Below are positions 30,096-40,408 of a stretch of 64,000 bases of DNA, in pieces. This DNA is from Acidobacteriota bacterium. GTDB lineage: Bacteria > Acidobacteriota > UBA890 > WLXD01. Below the pieces are notes generated by a model. The model ran no database searches, had not been told where the DNA came from, and worked only from the letters and a program-made list of their open reading frames with translations. Location of the stretch: contig CBDBHB010000009.1 of the NCBI GenBank assembly GCA_965205505.1, positions 2,560,001 through 2,624,000 on the forward strand, written 5' to 3'. The position numbers and the translations under genes were made by a program. The stretch's first letter is position 1. The number at the start of each line of letters is the position of its first letter.

Positions 30096-31366
30096 GTTCG
30101 AAGCTCCGGTAGGCAACGAAGCAAGACGCGGGCGGTGCGTCGGCCGGCCGACGCGTCGCGTAGTGCCACGATGCGGGCACGCTCGCCCATCTGTCTTCGT
30201 CGCTCCGGGTTGTCGATTAGCTCGACAATACGCTCGCCGAGGGCGTCAGGGTCGGCAACCCGGTACGCACCGCCGGCGTGCACGAGCTCGCTCGCCAGCG
30301 CTGCGAAGTTCTCGGTGCTGGGGCCGAACAAGAGGGGGCGTGCCTGGATCGCTGGCTCGAGCATGTTGTGACCGCCGGTGGAGACCAGGCTGCCGCCCAC
30401 GAATGCGATATCGCCGAGACCGTACGCTGCGGGTAGTTCGCCGATCGTGTCGAGCAAGATCACTTCGCCGTCAGTAGCACTCGGGCGAGTGCGGCGGGCG
30501 CACCTGAAACCAGCATGCTGAACGAGTGCCTCGACCTCGTTAAAACGTTCGGGGTGCCGGGGTGCAAGCAACAGCCGTGAATCGGGATAGCGTTGCAGCA
30601 CGCGACGGAAGGCACGAAGGACCTTCTGCTCTTCGTTGTCCATCGTGCACCCGGCGACGATCAGGGGTCGTGCGCCATCGGTGCGTAGCAGTTCTTCCAG
30701 CTGGGCGTGAAGATCGACTGATGGACAGAGGGCCTCGGCGTCGGCTTTCAGGTTGCCGGTTACAAAAACATCTGCTGCGGCGATCCCTATGGTGCGAAAA
30801 CGCTGCCCTTCTACGTTCGTGCGCGCGCACACTACATCTATGAGCTCGAACGGGGCCGCCCAGATGCGACGCAGTCGTTCATAGCGACGACATGAGCTCG
30901 CCGACAGGCGGGCGTTTACAAGCGCTGTACGCACTCCGTGTGCCCCACAGGCACGTAGGAGGTTAGGCCATATCTCGGTCTCAACCAGCAGCAGCGCGCG
31001 CGGCGCCAACGTCCGGAGGTAGCGGTCGACTGCGCCGGGTATGTCCAGCGGCATGTAGAAGGTAGCGTCGGCGTCTGTCTGTCGGGCGATTTCTTGACCG
31101 GTGGGCGTCGTGGTCGACAGCAGTATCGGCACACCCGGAATCATCCGTCGCAGGTGAGGGATGAGCCCACTTGCTGCATGTACCTCACCCACCGAAACGG
31201 CGTGTATCCATATTCCCCCACGATGCTGCGCGAGCCGCTCCGGGACCCGTCCGAGGCGTTCCTCGAGGGCGACGGCGTAGCGGCCGCCGAGAACCCGATG
31301 AAGGGCCGCCCGTGGCGCCAGCAGGCACAGGCCGAGAGTATAAAGCAGGGTATAGGTGGCGAACAC
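30092..31366 (-). CDS. waaA: 3-deoxy-D-manno-octulosonic acid transferase
   Basis: WIHAVSVGE, ETEIWPN, APRHPERF, GGHNMLEP. Confidence 0.95.
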   Translation of the reverse strand: MFATYTLLYTLGLCLLAPRAALHRVLGGRYAVALEERLGRVPERLAQHRGGIWIHAVSVGEVHAASGLIPHLRRMIPGVPILLSTTTPTGQEIARQTDADATFYMPLDIPGAVDRYLRTLAPRALLLVETEIWPNLLRACGAHGVRTALVNARLSASSCRRYERLRRIWAAPFELIDVVCARTNVEGQRFRTIGIAAADVFVTGNLKADAEALCPSVDLHAQLEELLRTDGARPLIVAGCTMDNEEQKVLRAFRRVLQRYPDSRLLLAPRHPERFNEVEALVQHAGFRCARRTRPSATDGEVILLDTIGELPAAYGLGDIAFVGGSLVSTGGHNMLEPAIQARPLLFGPSTENFAALASELVHAGGAYRVADPDALGERIVELIDNPERRRQMGERARIVALRDASAGRRTARVLLRCLPELRT

Positions 31367-31375
31367 GATGGGACT

Positions 31376-31458
31376 CTAGTGTCCTGTAGCAGAGGTTTGT
31401 TGCATATTGTGGCGCGCGTGACTGAGTCGAGTCCAAGGAGGCTCGACGACAGCGATGC
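31376..31458. mobile_element. Degenerate family 2 element end
   Basis: CTAGTGTCCTGTAG start; aligns by eye with the reverse complement of 6335-6421 (TTGTGGCGCGCGyGAC...AGGAG...CGACGA..GCGATGC). Confidence 0.6.
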
Positions 31459-31571
31459 ACCATTAGAGTCACACTCCGCCTGTCATGACGCCATGGCGGC
31501 GGTTGCGCAGGTTGTCGCGAGCTGGTGACGCGATGTTGGCCAGCAGTCAATCATAGTCTGGTGCGCATGCG

Positions 31572-32636
31572 ATGAAAGACGCAGCCGAGCCCGTGAACCT
31601 ACTCGACTTGCCGCCCTCCGACTGGCGGCAGGCGCTAGCTGAAGCCGGTCTGCCCGCCTATCGCGGCGAGCAGCTCGCCCATTGGGTCTTCGGACGTGGA
31701 GTGTTCGATTTCGGTGTCATGACCGACCTGCCGATTGGGCTCCGAGCAAGCCTGCCAGCACTATTCCGGCTCGAGCCGCCGACGGTGGACAGCGTCTTTC
31801 GATCCGTCGATCACAGCCGCCGCTATCTGTTGCGTATCGACGCGGGAGAGCTCGTGGAGTCAGTCACGATGCCGTATGAGCGGCGCACCACGTTCTGCAT
31901 CTCGTCCCAGGTCGGTTGCCGCTTCGCGTGCGGATTCTGTCAAACGGGAAAGCTCAAGTTGCTCCGGTCGCTCTCGTCCGGCGAGATTCTCGGGCAGGTG
32001 CTGCGGCTGCGCGCCGAGGTTCAGCAGCCGAGCTCGCGACTCAATGTGGTGTTCATGGGGCAGGGCGAGCCTCTCGACAACGCCGCCGCCGTATTCGCAG
32101 CCGTCGATGCCATGCAAGACCCCAACGGACTGTCGTTGGGCTGGCGTCGCATAACCGTCTCGACCGTGGGGCTGGTTCCCGCCATTCTCGCGCTCGCCAA
32201 GCTGGGGGCGCGGCGCCCACGAATCGCGGTCTCGCTGAACGCGTCGACTGACGACGTGCGTTCTGATCTCATGCCGGTGAATCGCAAGTACCCCATTGCC
32301 GCGCTGATCGGCGCGCTGCGGGAAGTGCGCTGGCGCAATCGCGAGAAGCTGACCTGCGAATATGTGCTGCTCAGCGGTGTCAACGACACCGACGCCGACG
32401 CCCGACGTCTCGGCGGCCTGCTCGGAAGCCTGCCGGCGAAGGTGAACTTGATTCCGTGGAATCCGATCCCAGGAATGGCCTATCAGCGGCCGTCACCGGA
32501 GCGCGTCGAGCAGTTTCGCCGCGTGGCACGGAACAGTGGCCTGGATGTGCTGGTTCGCTACAGTCGCGGGGCCGACATCGGAGCTGCGTGCGGGCAGCTA
32601 GCGACCGCCGCCGCGGGCTCTGGGCCGGGGCGCTAG
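31572..32636 (+). CDS. rlmN: 23S rRNA m2A2503 / tRNA radical SAM methyltransferase
   Basis: CISSQVGCRFACGFCQTG, FMGQGEPL, DIGAACGQL. Confidence 0.95.
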   Translation: MKDAAEPVNLLDLPPSDWRQALAEAGLPAYRGEQLAHWVFGRGVFDFGVMTDLPIGLRASLPALFRLEPPTVDSVFRSVDHSRRYLLRIDAGELVESVTMPYERRTTFCISSQVGCRFACGFCQTGKLKLLRSLSSGEILGQVLRLRAEVQQPSSRLNVVFMGQGEPLDNAAAVFAAVDAMQDPNGLSLGWRRITVSTVGLVPAILALAKLGARRPRIAVSLNASTDDVRSDLMPVNRKYPIAALIGALREVRWRNREKLTCEYVLLSGVNDTDADARRLGGLLGSLPAKVNLIPWNPIPGMAYQRPSPERVEQFRRVARNSGLDVLVRYSRGADIGAACGQLATAAAGSGPGR

Positions 32637-32911
32637 CAGGCCGTGGTGAAAGTGTGGCGGGCCTGGCGACAGGGTCTTGCGGGGCGCAGGCAAGGAGAGA
32701 GGAGGAGGCGATGGTTACCCGATCGTTGACGACGAACGACGTAGCATACGTGCGCAACCCCCTGTCGCCCGAAGGGTTACGGCGATTTGGGGCCATGTGC
32801 GGCGTTGGCCTTCCTCGATGATGGTTAAGGCATCGCCAGCGTCAGGCCGCCTTGCATCTGGCCCCAACTCGCCGTAACCAGGCCCGCCACACTTCCACCA
32901 CGGCCTGCTAG
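32633..32911 (-). mobile_element. Complete 279-bp MITE family 1 copy, inverted and more diverged
   Basis: Both TIRs present; terminal CTAGs provide the rlmN and purE stops; internal CTAG reads TTAA. Confidence 0.92.
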
Positions 32912-33423
32912 AGATCTTCGCCCGCCAGGCGATTCTCGAGGTCGGCCTGCATCGCGTCAACATTCGCGGCCTGCTGACGGCGATCGGCGTCCACCTTGTC
33001 GGCCATATCCGCGTCCCGTAGCGCCAGTATTCGGGCTGCCAGATGCGCCGCATTGACCGCCCCCGACTTGCCGATACCGACGGTCGCTACGGGAACCCCG
33101 CCCGGCATCTGAACCGTCGCCAGCAGCGCGTCGAGGCCGCCGAGTGCCGAGGCCACCAGCGGTACGCCGATCACTGGCAGGCGGGTGTGCGCGGCGATCG
33201 CGCCGGCAAGGTGGGCGGCGCCGCCGGCCCCCGCGATGATCACTTCGAGCCCCCGCTCGGCTCCGTCTGCAGCGTACTTGGCCACTGACCGCGGGCTGCG
33301 ATGTGCCGACATCACGCGAACCTCGTACGGGATACCGAGCTTCTGAAGAATCCGTACCCCGGATACCATCACGTCGAAATCCGAAATGCTCCCCATCACT
33401 ACGGCAACGCGTGCAACGCTCAT
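32908..33423 (-). CDS. purE: N5-carboxyaminoimidazole ribonucleotide mutase
   Basis: MGSISD, SAHR, GAGGAAHL, VQMPGGVPVAT. Confidence 0.96.
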   Translation of the reverse strand: MSVARVAVVMGSISDFDVMVSGVRILQKLGIPYEVRVMSAHRSPRSVAKYAADGAERGLEVIIAGAGGAAHLAGAIAAHTRLPVIGVPLVASALGGLDALLATVQMPGGVPVATVGIGKSGAVNAAHLAARILALRDADMADKVDADRRQQAANVDAMQADLENRLAGEDL

Positions 33424-34700
33424 CCACAGGCCCCAGTTCTCCGACCGATGTCGCGTCGGTAGTGCATTCCCTCGAACTCGATCGTGTCGATCGCGTCATA
33501 GGCCGCATCGAGAGCGGCGGACAACGATTCACCCAGGGCGGAGACGCCCAACACTCTCCCGCCAGTAGTAACCAATTCCCCTGAATCCTCTGCGGTGCCG
33601 GCGTGGAACACCATCAGGTCGTCGCGTGCCGTCAACGCCTCGAGCCCGACAATCGGGTCGCCCTTCCGGTAAGGCCCCGGGTAGCCCTGCGCCGCCAAGA
33701 TCACACAGGCAGCGTGCTGCCGAGACCAACGCAACGGCCTATTCGGCAAGCTGCCAGCGGCAACGCCGGCGAATAGCTCGCCGACGTCCTCATGCAGCAG
33801 TGGCAGCACTGCCTGCGCCTCCGGATCGCCGAAGCGGCAGTTGTACTCCAGGACAAGAGGCCCCTCGTCGGTGAACATGAGACCGCCGTACAGCACACCC
33901 GCAAACGGGCGATCCTCCGCGGCCATGCCGTCGATCGTGACCTGCAAAATCCCTCGCGTCAGCTCGTCCGCGGTGGCGGCGGATATCACCGACTCAGCCG
34001 GCGCATAGGCGCCCATCCCGCCGGTGTTGGGCCCGCGGTCGCCGTCGAGCGCTTGCTTGTGGTCTTGCGACGGCAGCAGCGGTACGACGTGCCGTCCATC
34101 GGACAGTGCCATCAACGTGACCTCGGTGCCCTCGAGAAACTGCTCGATCACCACGACGTTGCCGGCGTCGCCAAAGGTACCGTCGCTCATTGCGCTGATC
34201 GCCGCGGCAGCCGAGTCGGCATCGTGACAGATCAGCACGCCCTTCCCGGCGGCGAGGCCGTCGGCCTTCACGACGAGTGGAAAACCCCATGGCGGCTGGC
34301 GGGCGAAGTCGAGCGCCGGTGCCGATTCGCTGAAGATCTCGAAGTCGGCGGTCGGGATGCCGTGCCGTCGCATGAACGCCTTCGCGAACGCCTTGCTGCC
34401 CTCGAGGATCGCGGCCGGCTTGCGGGGCCCGAAACACGGGATGCCGACCTGCTCGAGAATTTCGGCGATTCCGTCAGCCAGAGGGACCTCAGGGCCGACA
34501 ACCACGAGGTCGACGGAGTGCTCCTGGGCGGCGTGCGCCAGCGCCCCCAGGTCGCCGGCGTTGATCGGCCAGCAAGTCGCGTGGCGCGCGATGCCAGCGT
34601 TTCCGGGCGCACAGTACACGGTATCGACGCTGTCGCTCCGTTGCAGCGCCCACACCAGCGCGTGCTCACGCCCGCCGCCTCCGACTACCAGGACGTCCAT
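33420..34700 (-). CDS. purD: Phosphoribosylamine--glycine ligase
   Basis: GGGREHAL, KADGLAAGKGV, GPNTGGMGAY, RFGDPE. Confidence 0.97.
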   Translation of the reverse strand: MDVLVVGGGGREHALVWALQRSDSVDTVYCAPGNAGIARHATCWPINAGDLGALAHAAQEHSVDLVVVGPEVPLADGIAEILEQVGIPCFGPRKPAAILEGSKAFAKAFMRRHGIPTADFEIFSESAPALDFARQPPWGFPLVVKADGLAAGKGVLICHDADSAAAAISAMSDGTFGDAGNVVVIEQFLEGTEVTLMALSDGRHVVPLLPSQDHKQALDGDRGPNTGGMGAYAPAESVISAATADELTRGILQVTIDGMAAEDRPFAGVLYGGLMFTDEGPLVLEYNCRFGDPEAQAVLPLLHEDVGELFAGVAAGSLPNRPLRWSRQHAACVILAAQGYPGPYRKGDPIVGLEALTARDDLMVFHAGTAEDSGELVTTGGRVLGVSALGESLSAALDAAYDAIDTIEFEGMHYRRDIGRRTGACG

Positions 34701-34887
34701 TTGTGGCTCTCAGCGTCAGGTGAACAATGCAGAACGAGGGCGCGCAGAACACCACCCGTCATGATCCAGGCCGGTGGTCCGGATTCGGCTGGAGGGTGTT
34801 ATCACACGCTTCGCGAGTGGGCAACAAGCGATCCATGAGGCTGCGGGCGGCCCGATCGGTTGGCCGACAGGACTGGCGCGAAGGCGT

Positions 34888-34916
34888 TTGACGGCCTCAC
34901 TCGAAGTCGGTAGGCT
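34888..34916 (+). promoter_or_regulatory. Sigma70-type promoter for rpsU
   Basis: TTGACG-17bp-TAGGCT. Confidence 0.6.
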
Positions 34917-35021
34917 TGCTCTTTCTGGCCGCTCTACGGCACGCCGTTCGTGCGCAGGCAAGAAGAAACAGGAGCCGGTGCATCGCTCCCGCGCTCAGCT
35001 CCGCAACCAGGAAACCGAACC

Positions 35022-35225
35022 ATGGCTTTCGTCCGCGTCGAGGATGGCGAGTCGATCGAACACGCCCTGCGGCGGTTCCGTCGCTTCGTGCAGCGAGAGA
35101 ACATTCTCCGCGACGCCAAGCGCCACTCGCACTTCGTCAAGCCGGGCGAGCGCCGGCGTGCGAAGCAGGCAGCGGCGCGACGTCGGTGGCGGCGCCGTCA
35201 GCGCCGCATGCGCGCCGATCCATAG
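35022..35225 (+). CDS. rpsU: 30S ribosomal protein S21
   Basis: V.V.DGESIEHALRRFRR...FVKPGERRRAK. Confidence 0.93.
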   Translation: MAFVRVEDGESIEHALRRFRRFVQRENILRDAKRHSHFVKPGERRRAKQAAARRRWRRRQRRMRADP

Positions 35226-35238
35226 GCGGCGCTCAGCG

Positions 35239-36522
35239 TCAGTCCGGCGCTGACTTCCCCGGAGCGGGCGGCCCCGTTGCCCGTGCCTGCCACGCCCAGA
35301 TCACCAGCGCCGGCAGATACTCCACCAGACGCGGCCACCAGGGCTCGACCCAAAGACTGCTATCGCCGGTGTTGGCGACCAGAATCCAGTAGGCCGTGGG
35401 GGCCAGGGTGCATAGTGCTATCCAGCCGATGTCGACTGCCGCCGCGGCAAACGGCAACGCCCAAAGCAGGTACCAAGGGTGGATCGTCGGCATCAGCAAG
35501 GTGAACGCGAGAAGCAACCAGTAGCCGGCGCGCACCGGGTCGTCGCGGCGCCGCCAGAGCCACAGCAGAAGCCCGAGCCCGAGACCAGCGCCGATAGCCT
35601 TTGCCGCGGCCAGCGAGCCGCTCGCGGCGTGCAGTACGAAGAACGCACCGTCGTTGAATCGCCAGCGCCCGGCATAGTCGAGCCAAGGCTGGAGCATGAC
35701 GGCCCCGGCATCGAGGAAGGGAGCGTAGCCAAGAAGCAGGGCGCCGGCGAACAGCGGCAAGTGCCAACGTCTCCGATTGCGGAGAATCAGCGGGACGAAT
35801 ACCAGGGGCCACGCCTTGAGGAGCACGCCACAGGCCAGTAGCAGCGTGCTCAGCACGGCACGCCCCCGAGCGTGAGCCAGTAGCGCTGCCAGGACAGCCG
35901 CGATGGCCCAGCCGTCGAAGTGCCCACTGGCGGCGAACTCCATCGCCGGCAGCGGGTGTAGCGCGTAGATTGCCAGCTGCCATCGAGGGCGCCTCCAGGC
36001 GCGCAAGCAGCCGAGGAGCAGGACGATGGCGAGCAGATCGCCTAACGCCGCCACCGCCTGAAACGTCTTGATGCTGTTACCCAGGCCATAGGTAACTCCG
36101 AAGAGTACCTGCGCCAAGGGAGGATAGATCGTGCGAATACGGGGATAATTGATTCGTGACCACTGTTCATCGCGAAGAGTCTCGAGTGCGGCGGCGGCGG
36201 GGGGCTCTGCATACGGGTTCCTGCCTGCTGCTTGTACCCTTCCATCCCAGCGGTAGCGATAGATGTCATCCGACAGGGTCGGTGGCATGCTGAGCAACAG
36301 CAGGCGTAGGGCGAGGGCTGTGAAAAGGACCGTACCGGTTACGACCTGGCGCCTGGACGGGCTCCAAGCGGGCCATACTCGAGCCAGCGACCAGCACATG
36401 AGGGCGTGGCAGATGCCGGCCAACAGCATCAGCGATACGGCGGCGCGGGCGTTCGCACGCAGGTCGCCGAGGCCCCAGAGGCCGAGCATGCACGCCGCCA
36501 GCATCGCCGAGCTGGCCGTCAA
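35239..36522 (-). CDS. GT-C membrane glycosyltransferase (GT87/DUF2029-like); start uncertain (36522 or 36504)
   Basis: SDDIYRYRWDG, NPY, TIYPP, SGHFD, HPWY. Confidence 0.8.
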   Translation of the reverse strand: MTASSAMLAACMLGLWGLGDLRANARAAVSLMLLAGICHALMCWSLARVWPAWSPSRRQVVTGTVLFTALALRLLLLSMPPTLSDDIYRYRWDGRVQAAGRNPYAEPPAAAALETLRDEQWSRINYPRIRTIYPPLAQVLFGVTYGLGNSIKTFQAVAALGDLLAIVLLLGCLRAWRRPRWQLAIYALHPLPAMEFAASGHFDGWAIAAVLAALLAHARGRAVLSTLLLACGVLLKAWPLVFVPLILRNRRRWHLPLFAGALLLGYAPFLDAGAVMLQPWLDYAGRWRFNDGAFFVLHAASGSLAAAKAIGAGLGLGLLLWLWRRRDDPVRAGYWLLLAFTLLMPTIHPWYLLWALPFAAAAVDIGWIALCTLAPTAYWILVANTGDSSLWVEPWWPRLVEYLPALVIWAWQARATGPPAPGKSAPD

Positions 36523-36543
36523 GGCGACCAGGAACGTGCGGGC

Positions 36544-38019
36544 ATGAGTGGTTCCGGGCTGCTGGTGGCCGGCTACCTCAGCGTGTTGCTGTTGTTGTCG
36601 ATCTTCGGGTTGCACAGGCTCTACCTGGTATCGCTATATCTGCGCACTCGGCGCGCGGCACCGAGCGACCCGCCGCCGCCGAAGGTTTGGCCGATGGTCA
36701 CCGTGCAGCTGCCGGTGTTTAACGAAATGTATGTTGTCGAACGTCTCATCGATGCGGTAGCCCGCCTCGAATATCCTGCCGATCGACTCGAGATCCAGGT
36801 GCTCGACGATTCCACCGACGCCACGTCGGAACGCATACGGCAGAGGGTCGCGTCGCTGCGACGCGAAGGGTTCGACATAAAGCACCTCCGACGCACCAAC
36901 CGAAACGGATTCAAGGCCGGCGCGCTGAAGGCCGGCATGCTCAGCGCGCGCGGCGAGCTCCTCTGTATTTTCGATGCCGACTTCGTGCCCACGCCAGAGT
37001 TTCTGCGCCGCACCGTACCGCATTTCACGGATCCGACGGTGGGCATGGTGCAGGTTCGCTGGAGCCATCTGAACCGCGACCGCTCAGCGCTTACGCGGAT
37101 TCAGGCGATGTTCCTCGACGCGCACTTCGCGATCGAGCACGCCGCCCGGAGTCGGGCCGGCAGGTTCTTCAACTTCAACGGCACGGCCGGCGTGTGGCGG
37201 CGTGCGGCGATCGAAAACGCTGGCGGATGGGAGCACGACACGCTGACGGAGGATCTAGATCTCTCATACCGCGCGCAGCTGGCGGGATGGCGGTTCGTTT
37301 ATCTGAACGAGCTGCGGGCGCCGGCGGAGCTGCCGGTCTCGATAGGGGCCTTCAAGAGCCAGCAACGTCGCTGGACAAAAGGCGCCGTGCAAACGGCGCG
37401 CAAGCTGCTGCCCACCATTTGGAGGGCCCCGCTGCCCTGGCGCACAAAACTAGAGGCGAGCTTCCACCTCGGTGGCAATTTCGCCTACGTGCTGATGGTG
37501 ATGCTATCGCTGCTGGTGTTTCCGACCATGCTGGTGCGCGCCCCCTACGGAACCTCCGATCTGCTGCTTCTGGAGTTGCCGATCTTGCTCTTCGGCACCG
37601 GCTCCGTCGCCGTGTTCTTCGTGGTGGCTCAGCATCAGCTCGGACGATCGGTGGGCGTCGCCGCACGGAGGCTCCCGGCGCTGATGGCCCTCGGGGTGGG
37701 GTTGGCCCTGAACAACACCGTTGCGGTTGCGGCTGGCATGAGCCGTGCTCCAGGTGAGTTTGTGCGCACGCCGAAGCTCGCCGCGACGGCGAGCGGAGCA
37801 TCGACCTATCGCAGCACGCTCGGTGTCCTACCGATCATCGAAGCGGCAATGGCGCTGTATTTTGCCGCCGCGACGAGCATTGCCGTAGTGCTTCAGATGT
37901 GGGTTTGCCTGCCCGTTCTGCTGTTGTTCCTCGGCGGCTACGGCTGGGTAGCGTGGATGTCTGTGGCCGAGCTGGCGGCGCAGTCGATGCTCCCGGCCGT
38001 GGCGCATGGCTCTCGATAG
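36544..38019 (+). CDS. Processive GT2 (cellulose-synthase-like / CslA-type) glycosyltransferase
   Basis: TVQLPVFNE, QVLDDSTD, GFKAGAL, FDADF, TEDLD, QQRRW. Confidence 0.9.
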   Translation: MSGSGLLVAGYLSVLLLLSIFGLHRLYLVSLYLRTRRAAPSDPPPPKVWPMVTVQLPVFNEMYVVERLIDAVARLEYPADRLEIQVLDDSTDATSERIRQRVASLRREGFDIKHLRRTNRNGFKAGALKAGMLSARGELLCIFDADFVPTPEFLRRTVPHFTDPTVGMVQVRWSHLNRDRSALTRIQAMFLDAHFAIEHAARSRAGRFFNFNGTAGVWRRAAIENAGGWEHDTLTEDLDLSYRAQLAGWRFVYLNELRAPAELPVSIGAFKSQQRRWTKGAVQTARKLLPTIWRAPLPWRTKLEASFHLGGNFAYVLMVMLSLLVFPTMLVRAPYGTSDLLLLELPILLFGTGSVAVFFVVAQHQLGRSVGVAARRLPALMALGVGLALNNTVAVAAGMSRAPGEFVRTPKLAATASGASTYRSTLGVLPIIEAAMALYFAAATSIAVVLQMWVCLPVLLLFLGGYGWVAWMSVAELAAQSMLPAVAHGSR

Positions 38020-39475
38020 TCCGCGACTGCGCTTCGCGCCGAGCCCTACCGGAAGGCTGCATCTAGGCAACGCGCGCACCGCGCTGATCAACTGGCTGGT
38101 GGCGCGCGCCGCGAACGGAACGCTGGTGCTGCGTATCGAGGATACCGATGCCGCACGTAACGTCGCCGGAGCCGAGCAGCACACGTACGAGATTCTTCGC
38201 TGGCTTGGAATCGACTGGGACGAGGGACCCGACGTCGGTGGCGACTGCGGCCCCTACAGGCAATCGCAGCGCGGCGAGCTTTACCGCGATGCGGTGGCGC
38301 GGCTGCTCGAGGCCGAGCAAGCCTACTACTGCTTCGAAGGCCCCGGCGAGCTGCGTCGCGCGCAGGAGGAGGCACGCCAGAGAGGCCGGCCGTTCCGACA
38401 CGCGTGCCGTGAGCTGACGCGGCCGGAATCGCTCCGCCGCGTCGAAGCCGGAGAGCCGGCGGCGGTGCGGTTTCGCACCCCGGATCGGGCGGTGCGGTTC
38501 GAGGACGGCCTGCGTGGCGCCACCGGCGTGCAGGCCGGCGAGGTCGACGACTTCGTCGTGGCCCGCCGCGACGGAACCCCGACGTATCAGCTGGCGGTCG
38601 TGGTCGACGATCACGGCATGTCCATCGATCACGTGCTGCGTGGACAAGACCACCTGTCCAACACGCCCAAGCAAATACTCCTCTACGAGGCCTTGGGTTG
38701 GTCCCCACCGTGTTTCACTCACCTGCCGTTGGTTCTGGGCGCGGATCGGGCGCGACTGTCCAAACGCCACGGCGACGTCACCGTCGAGCAGATGCGCGAC
38801 GACGGGATCTTGCCCGAGGCGCTCGCTAACTACCTAACGTTGCTTGGCTGGGCACCGCCCGATGGCCGAGAGGTGTGGCGGCTGGAGGAGTTGGTGGCAT
38901 CCTTCCAGGTCGCCGGCCTGTCGTCGGCCAACGTCGGACTCGACTTGAGCAAGCTCGAGTGGTTGAACCAGCAACATCTGCTCGCGCTCCCGCTAGACGA
39001 CGTTCTGGAGCGCGCCAGCGGGGCGCTTGCGGGGGCCGGCATCGAGCTGCCGACAGCCGGTCCGGCGCGGCAATGGTGGCGGGAGCTCGTGGACCTGTTG
39101 CGTCCGTCGCTACGTCGAATCGACGAGTTGCCAGACCGGTTCGAGAAGCTGAAGGGTGCGCCACCGAGCGCCATCCAGACGGAGCTCGATCCCGAAGACC
39201 ACGCCATGCTGTCGGCGTTCGGCCGCGCCAGTTGCGACGGCGAGCTGACCACCATCGACGACTTCAAGGCTGCGGCTCGTCGCATCGGCGAGGCGACCGG
39301 CCGGCGTGGCCGAGCATTGTTTCAGCCGCTCCGCAACGCCCTGACAGGGGAAGATCATGGCCCGGAACTGGCGAGGTTGGTGCCGTTGATCGAGAACGCC
39401 CGAAGACGTGGCGTCAACCCCGACATCCACACCGTCGCCGAGCGCATCGCGTCGCTGGTTGCGGCGCGTGGCTGA
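38006..39475 (+). CDS. gltX: Glutamate--tRNA ligase
   Basis: RFAPSPTGRLHLGN, LRIEDTD, PYRQSQR, RLSKRHG, anticodon-binding domain present. Confidence 0.9.
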   Translation: MALDSPRLRFAPSPTGRLHLGNARTALINWLVARAANGTLVLRIEDTDAARNVAGAEQHTYEILRWLGIDWDEGPDVGGDCGPYRQSQRGELYRDAVARLLEAEQAYYCFEGPGELRRAQEEARQRGRPFRHACRELTRPESLRRVEAGEPAAVRFRTPDRAVRFEDGLRGATGVQAGEVDDFVVARRDGTPTYQLAVVVDDHGMSIDHVLRGQDHLSNTPKQILLYEALGWSPPCFTHLPLVLGADRARLSKRHGDVTVEQMRDDGILPEALANYLTLLGWAPPDGREVWRLEELVASFQVAGLSSANVGLDLSKLEWLNQQHLLALPLDDVLERASGALAGAGIELPTAGPARQWWRELVDLLRPSLRRIDELPDRFEKLKGAPPSAIQTELDPEDHAMLSAFGRASCDGELTTIDDFKAAARRIGEATGRRGRALFQPLRNALTGEDHGPELARLVPLIENARRRGVNPDIHTVAERIASLVAARG

Positions 39476-40193
39476 GTGGCTGATCGGCCGGCACGCTGTC
39501 GTCGAGGCGCTCGCCGGATCGGCGCGTCGCGTGCATGAGGTCTGGACGCTTGCCGGCCGCCGCTCGGCGGCCATCGACGAGGTCCGCAACCGCGCCCAGG
39601 TGGCCGGTGTCGCGGTACGGGGAATCGAAGCTCGCGAGCTCGGTGGCGTGGCCCCTGGCGCGACCATAGCGGCGCGCTGCTCGGCCTTCCGGTATCGCGA
39701 CGAGGCCGACTTGCCAGCCGCCGCCCCGTCTGTCCCGTCGCTGGTCGTCGTGCTGGACGGCATACAGGATCCGCAGAACCTTGGCGCCATCGTTCGAACC
39801 GCCGAGGCGGCGGGTACCGTAGCACTTTGCATCCCGACTCGACGTGCCGCCCAGGTGACGCCGGCGGTCGTGCGCGCCTCGGCCGGGGCCACCGAGCACC
39901 TGCCGGTCCATCGGGTGACCAATATCGCGCAGGCTCTCGAGCACCTCAAGAGCCTCGGCTACTGGGTCGTCGGACTGGCCGCCTCTGGCGCTACACAGTG
40001 GGATCAGATCGACTATCAGAGGGCGGTGGCGCTGGTGGTGGGTGCCGAGGGTAGGGGACTGCGGCGCCTCGTAGCCGATCGTTGCGACCACTTGGTGACC
40101 CTGCCGATGCGTGGGCGTGTCCAATCGCTGAACGCTAGCGCGGCATTCGCCACTGTGGCATTCGAGGTGGTTCGCCAACAACAGGCCGGCTGA
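39468..40193 (+). CDS. rlmB: 23S rRNA Gm2251 2'-O-methyltransferase
   Basis: LDGIQDPQNLGAIVR, GAEGRG, SLNAS (SpoU family). Confidence 0.9.
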   Translation: MAEWLIGRHAVVEALAGSARRVHEVWTLAGRRSAAIDEVRNRAQVAGVAVRGIEARELGGVAPGATIAARCSAFRYRDEADLPAAAPSVPSLVVVLDGIQDPQNLGAIVRTAEAAGTVALCIPTRRAAQVTPAVVRASAGATEHLPVHRVTNIAQALEHLKSLGYWVVGLAASGATQWDQIDYQRAVALVVGAEGRGLRRLVADRCDHLVTLPMRGRVQSLNASAAFATVAFEVVRQQQAG

Positions 40194-40227
40194 TGCTCCA
40201 GATTGCGCCGAACCGGGGTCGGCAGGC

Positions 40228-40256
40228 TTGCCGGGTCTAGGAGCAGAACCTATAGT
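40228..40256 (+). promoter_or_regulatory. Sigma70-type promoter of the tRNA-Thr operon
   Basis: TTGCCG-17bp-TATAGT. Confidence 0.6.
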
Positions 40257-40335
40257 TCGCCTGCAAAGCAGCCCTCTGCCGCGCGCTTCCTTGGGCGCGG
40301 CCACACCGATCCAACTTGCCCAGGGTTGCCAGCGG

Positions 40336-40408
40336 GCTGGCGTAGCTCAGTTGGGAGAGCAGCTGATTTGTAATCAGCAGGTCGGAGGTTCGAGTCCTCT
40401 CGCCAGCT
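40336..40408 (+). tRNA. tRNA-Thr(TGT); integration site (attL)
   Basis: GCTGGCG/CGCCAGC acceptor stem, CTGAT-TTGTAA-TCAG anticodon arm, GGTTCGAGTCC. Confidence 0.95.
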
